Positions 18,438 through 30,000 of a stretch of 64,000 nucleotides of DNA are shown in pieces. Source of the stretch: a virus (Duplodnaviria; Caudoviricetes); the IMG/VR virus record IMGVR_UViG_3300005614_000005, positions 29,168-93,167 of that record; one strand, 5' to 3'. Made by a program: the position numbers and the translations under genes. Numbering within the stretch: the first letter of the stretch is position 1; each line of letters starts with the position of its first letter. The notes beneath the pieces were generated by a model. The model had not been told where the DNA came from and ran no database searches. It saw only the letters and a program-made list of their open reading frames with translations.

Positions 18438-19724
18438 ATGTCGAAACAGTCCAAACGAGAGAAAACCATCTACCACCGCACCTGCAAGCGGGACGGGTGT
18501 GAGGAGGAGTTCGACACCGAGAACCCACGCAAGGTGTACCACACACCGGCGTGCGCCCAGAAGGCGAGCAACGACTCCAAGCGGCAGCCGCCCCGTTCGC
18601 TGGATGAGGTCGTCGCCGACGAGCAGGCCCGCGACATCGAGCGGGCGAACAAGCGGGAGCTCCGCAAGATCCTGTCCGGTGAGCACCGGATGCGCCGCTA
18701 CGAGCAGGTGCTCAGCGACGCGCTGACGTCCTACGAGCCTGCCGAGCTCGCCGCTCCGACCCCCGCCGACAAATCGCTCCCGGTTCACGAGGACATTCTG
18801 GTCACCGGCGACTGGCACATCGGCCAGAAGACGACGATGGAGGAGACCGGCGGCATCTACGAGCAGGACGTCGCCACGGCTCGCGCGCAGGTCGCGCAGA
18901 TCTGGCGGGCGACCGAGCGGATCCACGCCATCGAAGCGTCGGGCCGCAACACGCAGCGCCTGCACCACATCTTCCTCGGCGACCTGGTGGAGGGCTCCAA
19001 CATGCGGCCCTCGCAGCACCGCAAAATCGAGGACGTCGTGACCGTCCAGATGGTGGAGGGCTTCGACCTGCTCGCCTGGCAGATCCGCCAGGAGCTCACC
19101 ATCTTCCCCGAGGTCGAGGTGGACCTCGTCGGCGGGAACCACGACCGCGGCACCTCCAAGGCCGGCGACGCCGGACTCGGCGAGCTCTCGTACGTCGACA
19201 CCTTCTCGTGGCTCGCCGGCGCGTTCCTGGAACGCGTCCTCGCGAACGACATCGAGACGGGTCGCCTCAAGATCCGGAACTGGACGACCTTCTTCGGCTT
19301 CAAGGAGATCGCGGAGCAGCGGGTCGTCTTCGAGCACGGATCGTCCTTCAAGTGGAGCACCGGCGGCTACGGCGGCATCCCGTGGTACGGCGTCTCGAAC
19401 CTCGGCCCGAAGTACAACGCCATGCTCGGCGGGGCGGACCTGATCCTGCTCGGGCACGGCCACCGGCCCGCGATCCTCCCGCACGGTCGGGGCTGGATCG
19501 TCGCCAACGGCGCCCTGCCCGCCACCAGCACTTACATCCAGGCGGGCCAGAAGGTCGTCTCACGTCCGCAGCAGTGGCGGCTCTCGGCCCACCGCAAGTT
19601 CGGGATCACGAACTTCACCCCGATCTACGCCGACGTCCCCGAGGCGCTCCTGCCCGGGATGGTGTGGGAGGCTCCGGAGCACTACGCCGACCTCGCGTCG
19701 GGTAAGGCCGCCGCGCAGGGATGA
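18438..19724 (+). CDS. Calcineurin-like metallophosphoesterase/nuclease with N-terminal zinc ribbon
   Basis: GDWHIG, GDLVEG, GNHD, EHG, GHGH; CKRDGC...HTPAC. Confidence 0.85.
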   Translation: MSKQSKREKTIYHRTCKRDGCEEEFDTENPRKVYHTPACAQKASNDSKRQPPRSLDEVVADEQARDIERANKRELRKILSGEHRMRRYEQVLSDALTSYEPAELAAPTPADKSLPVHEDILVTGDWHIGQKTTMEETGGIYEQDVATARAQVAQIWRATERIHAIEASGRNTQRLHHIFLGDLVEGSNMRPSQHRKIEDVVTVQMVEGFDLLAWQIRQELTIFPEVEVDLVGGNHDRGTSKAGDAGLGELSYVDTFSWLAGAFLERVLANDIETGRLKIRNWTTFFGFKEIAEQRVVFEHGSSFKWSTGGYGGIPWYGVSNLGPKYNAMLGGADLILLGHGHRPAILPHGRGWIVANGALPATSTYIQAGQKVVSRPQQWRLSAHRKFGITNFTPIYADVPEALLPGMVWEAPEHYADLASGKAAAQG

Positions 19725-19728
19725 GCCC

Positions 19729-20241
19729 GTGCCCGAAGACGCCACCGCGCTGACCGCGGACCAGCGGGTCGCTGCCCTCCTAGACGCCCAGGGGTTCGAA
19801 GCTAAGGAGATCGTCAGGGCGACGGGCTTCCACGCGAAGGTCGTCGCGAAGTGGCGGCGGGAAGACGCCTACAAGGAGGAGGTCGAGCGACTGCGCGAGC
19901 TCGGCATGACCGAGCTGCGCGACACGATCCGCAAGGTCACCCGCAGCCTGCTCGACGCGGCGGACCTCGCCGTCGCCGCGCTGACCAAGGCGCTCGCAGC
20001 AGAAAAGGACGACGGCAGCCCCGACTGGCACGTCATCCAGCGCGCGGCGGAGACGATCATGTCCGCGTCCAACCCGATCATCTCGCCGAAGCAGGTCAAG
20101 GGTGGGGGCGAGGGTGGCGGCAGCGCCGTGCCCTTCGCCAGCATCACGGTGAATTTGGGCGAGGCCGGGCAGGTGGTCGAGGACGTGACCGACGCGGACG
20201 TGGTTGATGAGGACGCGCAGCGGTACATCACGGCGGGCTAG
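19729..20241 (+). CDS. Terminase small subunit (putative)
   Basis: N-terminal HTH and helical core, directly upstream of TerL. Confidence 0.65.
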   Translation: MPEDATALTADQRVAALLDAQGFEAKEIVRATGFHAKVVAKWRREDAYKEEVERLRELGMTELRDTIRKVTRSLLDAADLAVAALTKALAAEKDDGSPDWHVIQRAAETIMSASNPIISPKQVKGGGEGGGSAVPFASITVNLGEAGQVVEDVTDADVVDEDAQRYITAG

Positions 20242-20244
20242 CTC

Positions 20245-21639
20245 GTGGCCGAGCTCACGATCCCGATTGACCCGAAGTACTTCAAGACGGTTCAGGCCGA
20301 CAAGGAGAAGCTGAACACCGTCGTCAAGTGCGCCACCAGCTTCCGCGAGTTCCTGCGGTACTGGTACTTCGTCAACGGCGAGACCGGGCAGGTGCAGAAG
20401 CTCGGCGAGGACCTCTGGGAGGGTCAGGAGGCGTTCGTTCAGTGCATGGCTTCGCGCGACTTCATCTTCGCGCTCAAGGCCCGCAAGCTCGGGTTCACGA
20501 CGCTGGGCTGCGCGTTCGACGCGTGGGTGATCCGCTTCCGTGACGTGAACGGCCGCGCGCACCTCTTCTCCCGCCGAGAGAAGGCCGCGCAGCAGCTCCT
20601 GAAGAACGTCGCCTTCGGGCTCAAGCGTCTGCCCGACTGGATGCAGCTCCCGATGAAGACGACCACGACGGAACTCGAGCTGTACGCCGGCCCGAACGAC
20701 ACCCGCCGCGCGGTCGCCTACCCCGCCGACGAGGACACCGCGGTTGAGGACACCGCCACGCACGGGCACGTGGACGAGTGGGCCCGCATGGGGAACCCCG
20801 AACGGGTGTGGCAGGCCATCGAGCCGTCGATGGCGAAGACCTGCCACATCATCACGACCGGCATGGGGCCAAACAACTACCCCGCGCAGTTCTGGCGGAT
20901 GTCGATGGCGGGCGACACGAAGTGCGTCGCCTTCTTCGTGGGAGCCCTCACCCGGAAGGGGCGCGACGCGGAGTGGCTCGCGGAGAAGAAGAAGGGCATG
21001 ACCGACACCGCCTTCCACCAGGAGTACGCGACCACCTGGGAGGACGCGCTCTACGGCGGCGGCGAGTTCACGTTTGGCCGCGAACACCTCGACCTGTGCT
21101 GCCGGGGGATCGGGGCTGAGGTCGCGGAGTTCGGCCACTGGTACTCCGTCGCCTGGGACATCGGGCGCCACAAGGACGCGGCCGTCGGGACGGTCATCGA
21201 CCTCGCCGCGAACCCACATCAAGTCGTGGACTACGTGCGCCTACGCGGCGTGCCCTACCCGTTGACGCAGAAGCGCATCGAACTCCAGTGGGCAGAGTAC
21301 GGCCAGCACCCGCGCTCGCGCCTGCAGGTGGAGAAGAACGGGCCAGGGGAGGCGGTTCTCGAGAACCTGGACCTCCCCGAGAAGGTGGTCGAGGACGCGA
21401 AGTTCGCCACAACCGTACCGTCGAAGGCGCGCATCATCTCGAACCTCGAGATCGCGTTCCAAAAAGCATCGCTCCACTACAGCGCCATCACGTGGCCGCA
21501 GCTCGACTCCGAGCTGCGCGGCTACCAGGTGCCCGATGACAACGTGATCCAGGACTCGGTCATGTCCCTCGCCATCGGGTACGACGAGGTCCACGGCGCA
21601 CCCCGCAAGGGCAAAGCGCACAAAATCGTTACGTGGTAG
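20245..21639 (+). CDS. Terminase large subunit
   Basis: LKARKLGFT, HVDEWA, ITTG; RNase H-like nuclease WDIGRHKD...QDSVMSLA. Confidence 0.92.
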   Translation: MAELTIPIDPKYFKTVQADKEKLNTVVKCATSFREFLRYWYFVNGETGQVQKLGEDLWEGQEAFVQCMASRDFIFALKARKLGFTTLGCAFDAWVIRFRDVNGRAHLFSRREKAAQQLLKNVAFGLKRLPDWMQLPMKTTTTELELYAGPNDTRRAVAYPADEDTAVEDTATHGHVDEWARMGNPERVWQAIEPSMAKTCHIITTGMGPNNYPAQFWRMSMAGDTKCVAFFVGALTRKGRDAEWLAEKKKGMTDTAFHQEYATTWEDALYGGGEFTFGREHLDLCCRGIGAEVAEFGHWYSVAWDIGRHKDAAVGTVIDLAANPHQVVDYVRLRGVPYPLTQKRIELQWAEYGQHPRSRLQVEKNGPGEAVLENLDLPEKVVEDAKFATTVPSKARIISNLEIAFQKASLHYSAITWPQLDSELRGYQVPDDNVIQDSVMSLAIGYDEVHGAPRKGKAHKIVTW

Positions 21640-21654
21640 TGGTACAGTGGACGG

Positions 21655-21831
21655 GTGGCCCGCCGCGCGCACGACATCCCGTACGACGCGTTTGAGGACG
21701 CGATCCGCCAGATGAAGGAGCGGTTTCCCGAGGCCGTACGGTTTCAGCCGAACTGGTACGGGCGACGGATCTACATCGAAGTGTTCTTCGCTGATGGACA
21801 CGGGCGTGTCATCCCAGCCCACGAGGAATGA
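21655..21831 (+). CDS. Hypothetical 58-aa protein (absent from the ORF track)
   Basis: GTG 21655 to TGA 21831 (VARRAHDIPYDAFE...); TACAGT lies 6 nt upstream. Confidence 0.45.
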   Translation: MARRAHDIPYDAFEDAIRQMKERFPEAVRFQPNWYGRRIYIEVFFADGHGRVIPAHEE

Positions 21832-21846
21832 AGTAGAATCACTCTG

Positions 21847-22779
21847 ATGCGCATTTCTTCGCCCCAGTCCCGGCTAGCCAAGCGGCTCGCCGCTGAGGAG
21901 GCTGAGGACGCCATCGAGAAGAGCGGTCTACCCAAGGCCGACCCCGACACGCCGTGGGACGGCGCCGACGCGCGGAAGAAGATGCTCGCCGCCGTGGGCG
22001 GCAACCTCGACGACGCAGCGAAACAGAAAGCTTACGCCCGCGGCTTCATGGCCGTGAGTGGGGACCCGAAAAATCTCGGGTCGTACAAACTGCCGTTCGC
22101 CACGATCATCGACGGCAAGCTGACCGCCGTGCCCAAGGGCGAAGCCGCCGCGCGCGGTGCCCTCAAAGGCGCACGAGGTGGCGTCGACCTACCCGCCGGC
22201 CAGCGCAGCGCCGCCGAGAAACAGGCCGGGGTCAAGAAGACGCTGGAGGAGCGACTCGAGAACGTGGAGGCCGAGCTCACGAAGATGCGCACGCTCGCAG
22301 CCTCGGACCCCGAGGTCGCGGGTGAGGACGAGGTGCCCGCCGCCATCGCCTTCACGAAGTCCGACGAGGAGCAGCGCTACACGTTCGGACCGTTGTACAC
22401 GCCGATGGAGAAGGACGCGCACGACGAGTTCGCCACCGCGCCCACCCTCCAGAAGTCGATCTGGAACTTCGCGCGGGCCGGCGACCGCCGGATCCGCAAG
22501 CAGCACGACCCCGACAACGTGATCGGCGAGGTGGTCGAGCAGGTCGTCTGGCCGTACCCGGTCGAGGTCGAGCTGACCGTTCCGGGGCAGGGCGTCCGAA
22601 AGGCTTGCCTCCCAGCTAACACCGCGTTTATGGGTGTCGTCTGGAGCGACGAGGCGTGGCCCCTCGTGAAGAGCGGGGCTATCTCCGGTTACAGCATGGG
22701 AGGGCGTGCCGTCAGAGTGCGCACAGACGACATTCTCGCGCCCATGAACAAGTCCGAAGGGGTTTCCCCCAGCGAGTAG
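21847..22779 (+). CDS. XkdF-like prohead (capsid maturation) protease
   Basis: QRYTFGPLYTP...DAHDE...KQH...WPLVKSGAISGYSMGG, with an N-terminal WDG...YKLPF...GARGG domain. Confidence 0.8.
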   Translation: MRISSPQSRLAKRLAAEEAEDAIEKSGLPKADPDTPWDGADARKKMLAAVGGNLDDAAKQKAYARGFMAVSGDPKNLGSYKLPFATIIDGKLTAVPKGEAAARGALKGARGGVDLPAGQRSAAEKQAGVKKTLEERLENVEAELTKMRTLAASDPEVAGEDEVPAAIAFTKSDEEQRYTFGPLYTPMEKDAHDEFATAPTLQKSIWNFARAGDRRIRKQHDPDNVIGEVVEQVVWPYPVEVELTVPGQGVRKACLPANTAFMGVVWSDEAWPLVKSGAISGYSMGGRAVRVRTDDILAPMNKSEGVSPSE

Positions 22780-22827
22780 CTCGGAGTGTCTGAGAAGCGC
22801 CGAGAATGGCGCTCATCTGATGGACTC

Positions 22828-23535
22828 CTAGTTTTCTTTCTTGCAGTTGGCCGCGACCGGCCCAACCTGCACGCAGGGCGTCTTGACGGCGGGAGTTTCG
22901 ACCGTGATGGGCGGTACTTCGACGGACGGTGTCGTAATGGACGGTTCTTCGACCTTCGGCGGAGGTGTCGGCACCGGAGCTTTGGCTTTGCCGTGACCGC
23001 GGAGCGGTTCGGCGGGTGCGGGCGTGGGTACAGGCACCGTCACGGTCACACTCGGTGGAGCTTCACGCGGCGGTGACGGCGTAGGTGTCTGACGCGGCGC
23101 TGGACGGCGGCCCCCGCCCACACCCCGACCTGCGTGCGGCGGATGGCTACGACCTTCGGCGGGAGGTGTGCTGCCCGCCAGCCTGACGAGTTCACGTTCG
23201 ACCGCGGGCGTCAACCGAGTGATGCGCCCGTGTCCGTGGGAGTGTTCGAGCGCGAACCGCACCGCTGGGACGCAGTTCTTCGCGGATGGGATCGACAGGA
23301 CGACCCGCAACGCGCCAGCGAGGACGGCCGCCTCACGTGGGTTGGTCCGTCGGAGCCGTGCTTGCTGCTCGTACCCCGACGCTAGGTCGTAGAGCTTGAG
23401 CTTGCAGTTGTCTTCGCTGTGCTGGACGATCTGCTGGTGGTTTGACGCCGTCTGACCTTCGAGCTTGGCGAACGTGTAACCGCCGAGCAGCGCGAGGATC
23501 GCAACTGCGAAGATGATGAAGGTCCTGAACCTCAA
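22828..23535 (-). CDS. Membrane-anchored Pro-rich protein
   Basis: N-terminal TM helix and Pro/Thr-rich C-terminal half; last gene of the tail operon. Confidence 0.55.
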   Translation of the reverse strand: MRFRTFIIFAVAILALLGGYTFAKLEGQTASNHQQIVQHSEDNCKLKLYDLASGYEQQARLRRTNPREAAVLAGALRVVLSIPSAKNCVPAVRFALEHSHGHGRITRLTPAVERELVRLAGSTPPAEGRSHPPHAGRGVGGGRRPAPRQTPTPSPPREAPPSVTVTVPVPTPAPAEPLRGHGKAKAPVPTPPPKVEEPSITTPSVEVPPITVETPAVKTPCVQVGPVAANCKKEN

Positions 23536-23849
23536 CAGGTGGCCTTAGCTACGGCTTCAAGCTTGCGCTGATTACGCTGTTCACGTGCGGTGTTCTCCGC
23601 AGAGAGCTTCACCAGTTCGGCGTGGCTCAGCCCGGGAAAGTCGATGCGGGGGAGGATCACCTTGTTAGCTTGAACGTTGTGCGCGACGGTGTCGGCGCCG
23701 ATCGCTGCCACGACGGAGATGACCTGACAGGTGTGTCCGCTTCGTTCTTCGCTCTTCGTCCACGCGATACCGCTGAGACCCATCGACACGACGAGCGCGA
23801 AGATGAGGAAGAGTCGGAACCTCGTCTGGTGGTGAACGGGGTAGGGCAT
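23532..23849 (-). CDS. Membrane-anchored protein (possible lysis accessory)
   Basis: Start ATG 23849; N-terminal TM. Confidence 0.5.
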   Translation of the reverse strand: MPYPVHHQTRFRLFLIFALVVSMGLSGIAWTKSEERSGHTCQVISVVAAIGADTVAHNVQANKVILPRIDFPGLSHAELVKLSAENTAREQRNQRKLEAVAKATC

Positions 23850-23862
23850 CAGTGCACCGCTG

Positions 23863-24198
23863 CTAGTGCTTCGGCGGCGAGTGCCCCGAACGCGCAGATG
23901 ACGGTGAGCCCGACGAGGTTGGGCCATCGGTGTCCGAGTGTGTGTCTGACTCCTCTTCCTCTAGCTCCTTCTCGGGAACTGCGACCCCGAGCATGAACAT
24001 CACGAACCGCGCGAACGTCCCGTACTCGCCCGGTTTGCTGTCGCCCCGCAGGGCGGGTACCGACCCGAAGAGGAAGAGCACCAAGAAGATGAGGATCGCT
24101 TGCGCCTCCCTTGCGATGACGACCTGATCGTACAGGATAGCCAGCGCCAGCCCGATCAAGAAGGCGTCCCGGAGGAGCGGCCGCCACCGTCGCCTCAT
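23863..24198 (-). CDS. Holin-like membrane protein
   Basis: 2-3 TM segments with an acidic tail. Confidence 0.5.
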   Translation of the reverse strand: MRRRWRPLLRDAFLIGLALAILYDQVVIAREAQAILIFLVLFLFGSVPALRGDSKPGEYGTFARFVMFMLGVAVPEKELEEEESDTHSDTDGPTSSGSPSSARSGHSPPKH

Positions 24199-24241
24199 TC
24201 ATCATGCCGCTTCGGAATCTTCGACGTCATACGGTGATAGC

Positions 24242-26641
24242 TTACCCGATACCAAGGGGCGCGATCACGACCTGCAGTCGGTTGAGCAGCCATTCGAGGC
24301 GGTTCGGCGGGGCGTCCAGCGCCGCGGTCAACGTGAGACTTTCGTGGTCGTAGCTCGTGCTGAGCACGTAGTGCGGGGTAGGATTCGACGCGTCGGTGAA
24401 GACGATGGTGTCGCCCCCACGGATCATCCACGACGGCCATTCGTTGCCGTTACTGTCGGTCGCCCAACCCGTCACCGTCGCGGTGCCGGCGGTGGGCCGG
24501 TTGTTGTTCACTTCGAGGAAGATCTTGCCCGTTTCAACCGCGCCCACCGAGGTCGTCACGCTACTCATCTGCAGGAGCGCCCACCGCTTCCGCCCGAACG
24601 CGTTGCAGGGGTTCGAGCTCGACAGGTCTTGCAGCGCCGTGGAGGTGACCGGCGCGCCCGAGCCGGGTGGCCCCACCGTCTGCTGGACGCCCGCCACGTC
24701 GGTGTACTGCACGATCACGCCGTTGAACGCGGTCTCGATCTTGTTGCCCTGGTCCGTCGGGGTGACGCCGTCCTTCACCCGGAGGTTCCACTGCCGTCCC
24801 GTACCGGGTGGGCGCCAGAAGAAGTTGCGGTTCTCGTAGACCCCCGAGTCAAAGAAGTAGTACGTGTTCACTTCCGCCACCGCCGCGTCCGCGGTCGTCG
24901 GCGTCGCGAACGCCATCTGAGGGATGATGAAGGAGTCTTGCCAGATGCCGTTTGCGGTGAGCTTCGGCGCGGCGCGTTTGATGATATCTTCGATGATCTG
25001 GTGGCCGTGGAACCCGCCGGGTTCCGTGCCCTGCCGCGTGAGGCCGTGCGGCCCGTAGACCGCCACGTTCTCGGCGCGCCCGATGTACGTTTTGCCGCTG
25101 CCCGTCAGGCCGCCCGCTTCGAAGTTCTGCGCCCAGTAGAGGAACTGGATGTAGCGGCGTGCCACCCCGGGCGTCCAGAGCGCGGCGCCCGACGCACCGG
25201 CCATGTGAATTTCTTCGCCCGTCGCTCCGCTGTCCGTCGCGTTTGACCGCGTCTCGAAGTTCCAGCCACCCGCCGACCCGTCAGCGACGGTGGCGGTCCA
25301 CGAACGGTAGATCGACCCGACGAGGTTGCCGGCACCGGCGTCGTATTCGGCGAGCGCGAGGGGACGGTTGCCCGCCGCGTTCGTGTCGCTGATCTGAAGC
25401 ATGAGCGACGGCAGACCGTTGGCGGTGTCGGGTGCGGAGGAGAACCCTTCGGGCTTGTACCCGCCGTTGATGAGCGTGATCTTGTAGGACGCGCTTTCCG
25501 AGTGCCATTTCGTCAAGTCCCGGTCGACGTAGATCATCTGGAAGCTGTTGTCGTCCTTCATGGACGCGGACCACCCGACGACCTGCGGCGAGATCGTGTA
25601 GCTGGTCGAGCGGTCACTCGGGGTGGAGGAGAGGTAGCCGTCGAAGGCGGTGACCCAGCCCCCGCCACCGTAGAGCCGCACGGGGGCGAACATCTGCAGG
25701 TCGCTGTAGCTCAGGTCGGGTCGCCGGTTGAGCGAGCAGTTCAGCGTCCCGAACCCGCCCGGGATCTGCGTGGTGAAGTTGAGGCCCATCGGCACGTTTT
25801 CGGCTTCGGCCTCGTCGGCGCCCCAACGGTGCACCGCGCCCGTCGACCCCGTGATCGCGAGGGCCAGCTTGCGAGGATCCACACGCGAGCGGACGGTGAC
25901 CGTGGGCGAGGGCCGTTCGACCTTGACGGAGGTCGTGAAGATGTTGCTGACACTCATGCCAGAGGCGCCACTGAACGCCGGCGAGACTAGGTGGGGCGCG
26001 TGCAGTAGGCCGCTGCCGCCCGACGTCCCCGAGAACGAGGCTGTGAAGTTGCGGGTACCTTCGACGCCGGCTGCGAATTCCGTGAAGTTCGGATCGGAGC
26101 CGGAGCCGTCGAGCCCGACGTTGCCTTTCGTGAATTCAGCGTTGACAACTTCGGTGAGTTTCGTCCAGGCGCCGGTACCTTTCGCCTGCCGCCAGGCGCT
26201 CAGCGTGGTGCCGATCTTCTGGAACCCGAAGCGGTCGCCCGCTTCGAGCGTGAACCCCGCGGATTCGATGAGCAGCGTTTCGACTCCGCCCACGACCTTG
26301 AAGATCTTCACCTTGCCTTCGGTCACCGTCGTCTGGTCGATGAACTGCGCGCGGTACCCATTGTGGGTCGCGTTCGCGAAGCACATCCAGAGGCTCCAGA
26401 ACCGTTCCGAGATGTCGCCGCCGAGCGACCGAACGAATGAGACGGCCTGGTTGCCGGTGAATTCTTTGAGGCTCCAGAAGGAGCCCGAGGTAGTACCGAA
26501 GCTCGAGAAGCTGGCGCCGCTTTCCGAGTCTGAGCAGGCCGTGCCTGCGAAGGTCATCTTCGCCCAGTTACCTTTTTCCAACCACGTCGTTTCGGCGTGT
26601 TTGAGGTTATCGAGTAGCGGGACTTCTTCTACGAGCGCCAC
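24242..26641 (-). CDS. Minor tail (hub/Tal-like) protein with N-terminal lectin-like beta-sandwich
   Basis: Position after Dit; FTTQIPGGFGTLNCSL, NGVIVQYTD, WMIRGGD. Confidence 0.7.
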   Translation of the reverse strand: MALVEEVPLLDNLKHAETTWLEKGNWAKMTFAGTACSDSESGASFSSFGTTSGSFWSLKEFTGNQAVSFVRSLGGDISERFWSLWMCFANATHNGYRAQFIDQTTVTEGKVKIFKVVGGVETLLIESAGFTLEAGDRFGFQKIGTTLSAWRQAKGTGAWTKLTEVVNAEFTKGNVGLDGSGSDPNFTEFAAGVEGTRNFTASFSGTSGGSGLLHAPHLVSPAFSGASGMSVSNIFTTSVKVERPSPTVTVRSRVDPRKLALAITGSTGAVHRWGADEAEAENVPMGLNFTTQIPGGFGTLNCSLNRRPDLSYSDLQMFAPVRLYGGGGWVTAFDGYLSSTPSDRSTSYTISPQVVGWSASMKDDNSFQMIYVDRDLTKWHSESASYKITLINGGYKPEGFSSAPDTANGLPSLMLQISDTNAAGNRPLALAEYDAGAGNLVGSIYRSWTATVADGSAGGWNFETRSNATDSGATGEEIHMAGASGAALWTPGVARRYIQFLYWAQNFEAGGLTGSGKTYIGRAENVAVYGPHGLTRQGTEPGGFHGHQIIEDIIKRAAPKLTANGIWQDSFIIPQMAFATPTTADAAVAEVNTYYFFDSGVYENRNFFWRPPGTGRQWNLRVKDGVTPTDQGNKIETAFNGVIVQYTDVAGVQQTVGPPGSGAPVTSTALQDLSSSNPCNAFGRKRWALLQMSSVTTSVGAVETGKIFLEVNNNRPTAGTATVTGWATDSNGNEWPSWMIRGGDTIVFTDASNPTPHYVLSTSYDHESLTLTAALDAPPNRLEWLLNRLQVVIAPLGIG

Positions 26642-26655
26642 GGCTCAGCTCCAGA

Positions 26656-27066
26656 CTAGGTGAAGTTGATTTCGAGCGCTTCGACGGCGCATTCCGCCGG
26701 AGTGCTCACCGTGCTGATGCTGAAAGACGTCACCGCCGTCCAGAGGAGCATGTTGCCCAGGGTCAGCGCGTCGCAGAGCGCCACCGCTACGATCGTCGAG
26801 CTGCCCGCCGTGCAGGCTGCGAATTTGACGATCGCGGAGTTCTTGATGGTGGAGGGTGCACCTTCCACCGCCGCGTTCCACGAGGCCGCTGGAACTTCCA
26901 CGCGGGCGTAGCCGGTGTAGGTGGCCTCGCTGATCGTGCTGCCCGTGCTGGCACTTGTCGGGACGACGGTGCAAAGCGCCAGGAAGGCTTTCGGCGAGGT
27001 GAATGCTTTCTTGTTGGTGACGTGTTCGAGCAGGTTCTTCTCGAGGTAGCGACTCATGCTAGCCAT
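26656..27066 (-). CDS. Small tail/fibre-associated protein
   Basis: MSRYLEKNLLEHV...LALCT...EATYTGYARV, a pattern common among tail-associated proteins. Confidence 0.65.
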   Translation of the reverse strand: MASMSRYLEKNLLEHVTNKKAFTSPKAFLALCTVVPTSASTGSTISEATYTGYARVEVPAASWNAAVEGAPSTIKNSAIVKFAACTAGSSTIVAVALCDALTLGNMLLWTAVTSFSISTVSTPAECAVEALEINFT

Positions 27067-27075
27067 CGCGGTCTC

Positions 27076-30000
27076 CTAGGTTTCGGGGATGTTCGCCCAC
27101 CGCGGGGTCACGCTGAGCTGCATTCGGATCTCGTCGTGGGTGCCCGCATCGGGCTGGGTCGTGGGATCGTTCCGACACATCTTCATCACGATGCGAGAAG
27201 CTTGTCGTGCTTTCGTGAGGACGGGCACGCGCAGGTAGTCGCCTTCGTACCGTGAGACGGGCTGCACTTCGACGGAGCTTGCGCGCGACACCCGGTTGCT
27301 CGCGAGCTCGAGCGAGCTGCCCCCGAGGATCGCGGCGTCAGACGCAAACGGCCCCACCCACCAGTTCTGGTAGCTGCGCGGTTTCGTGGACGAGCAGCTC
27401 TCCAAGATGCCGGGCACGCCCGAGCGTTCCGACGTGACGAGCCCCTTGCAGACGACGCTCTGCCCTTGGTAGCCCGAGAGGGTGGGCCACGCCCACAGGT
27501 ACGCCCGCTTGCCGGAGTCGATGATTGCACGCACGGTGCAAAGTTCGTTCATCGGCGACGCCACGCCGGCCACGCCGCTTTTCTGCGCGGCAAGCACCGT
27601 TTCTTTCAGCGCGGTGTGCTGGATGATTTCCCACTGTTCGGTCGTGGAGTTGTACACGAATCCGATCCAGTTTTCTTCCGAGGTCCAGTCGAACATGACC
27701 CCCATCTTGATGCCGGTACCGGCGGGCGAGAAGATCCCGATGTCGCACTGGACGATCCCCAGTTTTTCGAGGTACGTGCTGACCATCTTGCCGAACCGGT
27801 ATTTACCGGCATCGGTGCCCACCGCCCTGACGAGGTTCGCTTCTTCACCTGACTTGCTAACTTCGAAGTCGGTCGTGGCGCCTGAGGTTTCCCATTTCCC
27901 GCCGGGGATCACGTTCTGCCCGTTGATGGAGGGCACGAGCCCGTTCAGCAGCGCTTTGTTGGTGTCCTGGTGGAAGTCCTCGAAGGTGTACACGTTCACG
28001 TCGGGGGAGAGTGCGACGATTCCTTCTGCCCGGCCCCCGCCCTCAGACACCGGAATCGCGATGCCGGCGCCGTCGAAGTAAACGACGTCGTGGCCCGCGA
28101 GCGTGTTCGGGCCCGCCGCGGTGTACGTACCCCCGGCGAGGAGGGTGATCGTGCCGTGTCCACTCGCGGCGTGGCCGCCCCAGCCGGGCACCTTTTCCGG
28201 GATCGTGACCTGGCCGAGGTTGAGCAGGTAGTAGTCGCCGCGTCCCGGCAGCTGGACCGCTTCGTTGCTGGTGTGGGCTCGGCCGTCACCCGGTCCCCAG
28301 TCGATGTTGATCGTCGCCTTCGCGTGGTTGGTGGTGGGTTCAAACGCGCGGATGAAGATCTGGTACGTGCCGGGCGGCAGCGTGCCAGCGCCGATTGCGA
28401 CGGGCTTCTCCGTGATCTTGACTTCGTTCACGTAGTTGAAGCGCTGTTTCGCGCCGCTCGCGCCGGTCGGCGGTGAGAAGTTCAGTTCGACGAAGCGGCT
28501 CGTGCTTCCGTCAGCCAGCGCTCCGAACAGTTCGGTCTGGAGCAAGCCTTTCCCGCCGAGCCAGAGTGACCTGAAAAGCCATTCTTGTGGCACTTCGACC
28601 AGTTGCTGGCCCCAGGACCACCACCACTGGCTGTTGCCGGTTTCCTCGGTCACGACCACGCGGCCGAGCGCGGGCGCCGTGCCGGGTACCCCTGTGATGA
28701 ACGCTTCGACCGCGCCGAGTTCTTCACGTCCCTGAAAGACGTACGGCGAGACCTTGAATCGTTGCATCGTGAAGGTGCTGGACCCGTTTGCGTTGAGCGA
28801 CCACCCGCAGAGCGTGGGCATGAAGACGTTCCAGTTGAGGACGCCCGCTTCTTCGGAGTACGCCGCCGCGGTCGGGTTTTCTTTCCACGCGTTTTCTTCC
28901 TGCCAGGCGGGGAAGTAGACGAGCAGGAGCGCGTTGTTCTCACTCACGAAACGGAGGGTGAACTTCTGCCCGACGGTGACGCGCGCTGCGAGGTTGGTTT
29001 CCCTGATTTTCTGGCGCACGCCTTCGATCACCGCGTCGATCTTGAGCGTGGAGTTCGTGCCGTTGTCGGTGAGGTAGCCCTCGATGTAGTTGCTTTCGTT
29101 CTGCCACGCGAGGATGCACCCGTACTTGGTGCCGCTGACCACGGACCCGACTTCCCACTGGGTCTCGACCTCGGCGGCGAAGTACGGGTAGCGGCTGGCC
29201 TTGTAGACCGCGACGTGTTCTTCACCGGTTTTCGCCGTGACCCTGAGGTGATTCGTGAACGCGAAGTCGGTGAACAACCCCTTCTGCATGAAGTAGTCCT
29301 GGGGCCGCCCGAAGGTCAGTTCGTCCACGTGTGGGGCGAACTCCGGCGAGCGGCCGTACGGCTGCGAGGTGAACCGGATCGTGCCAGCTGCCACTCCCCC
29401 AGCCGCGAACTGCTGCTCGTCCCAGGTGAGTTGGGCGTTGAGTAGGTCGAAGGTGATCTGGTGGCCGCCGACGAGTGTGCGCCGTAGGGTGCCGGAGTGG
29501 TTGCGGCTAACCGCAGCCACCGTTCGCTCGATGTCGGCCATGATCGCGTCGCGGCGCGGGCCGCCCGGGCCGGGGCGGAACGAGGATGAGACGTTCGGCG
29601 GACCTTCCCAGTGACAGCCAGGCCACGTCCCGTCGAAGTACTCAGCAAGTTCGGGGAGCTGCACGAGCGCGGCGCCCGTCGTGAACCACGACTGCGTCGT
29701 GGCGTTGGAGTTATACGAGATCACCGCGCCGCGCGGTCCGGTGCCCCAGTTGCGGCTAACGGTGTACCAACGCCAGGTCGTGGAGAGCGTTTCCAGCACC
29801 TTCGCACCCTTCCAACTGAACGACCTGCCCGGCGCTTCGAGCCATTCATACGCGGACCCGCCGTCCACGAGCGACTCACTCTGACCCCGCACGCCAGACC
29901 ACTGGTTGCCCGTGATGTCGCCGTCAGCGTATTCAGGCGGAGTCGCCGGTTCACCGGCGGTGACCTGCGCTGCGTCCATGAACATCGTCACCGCGGCAGC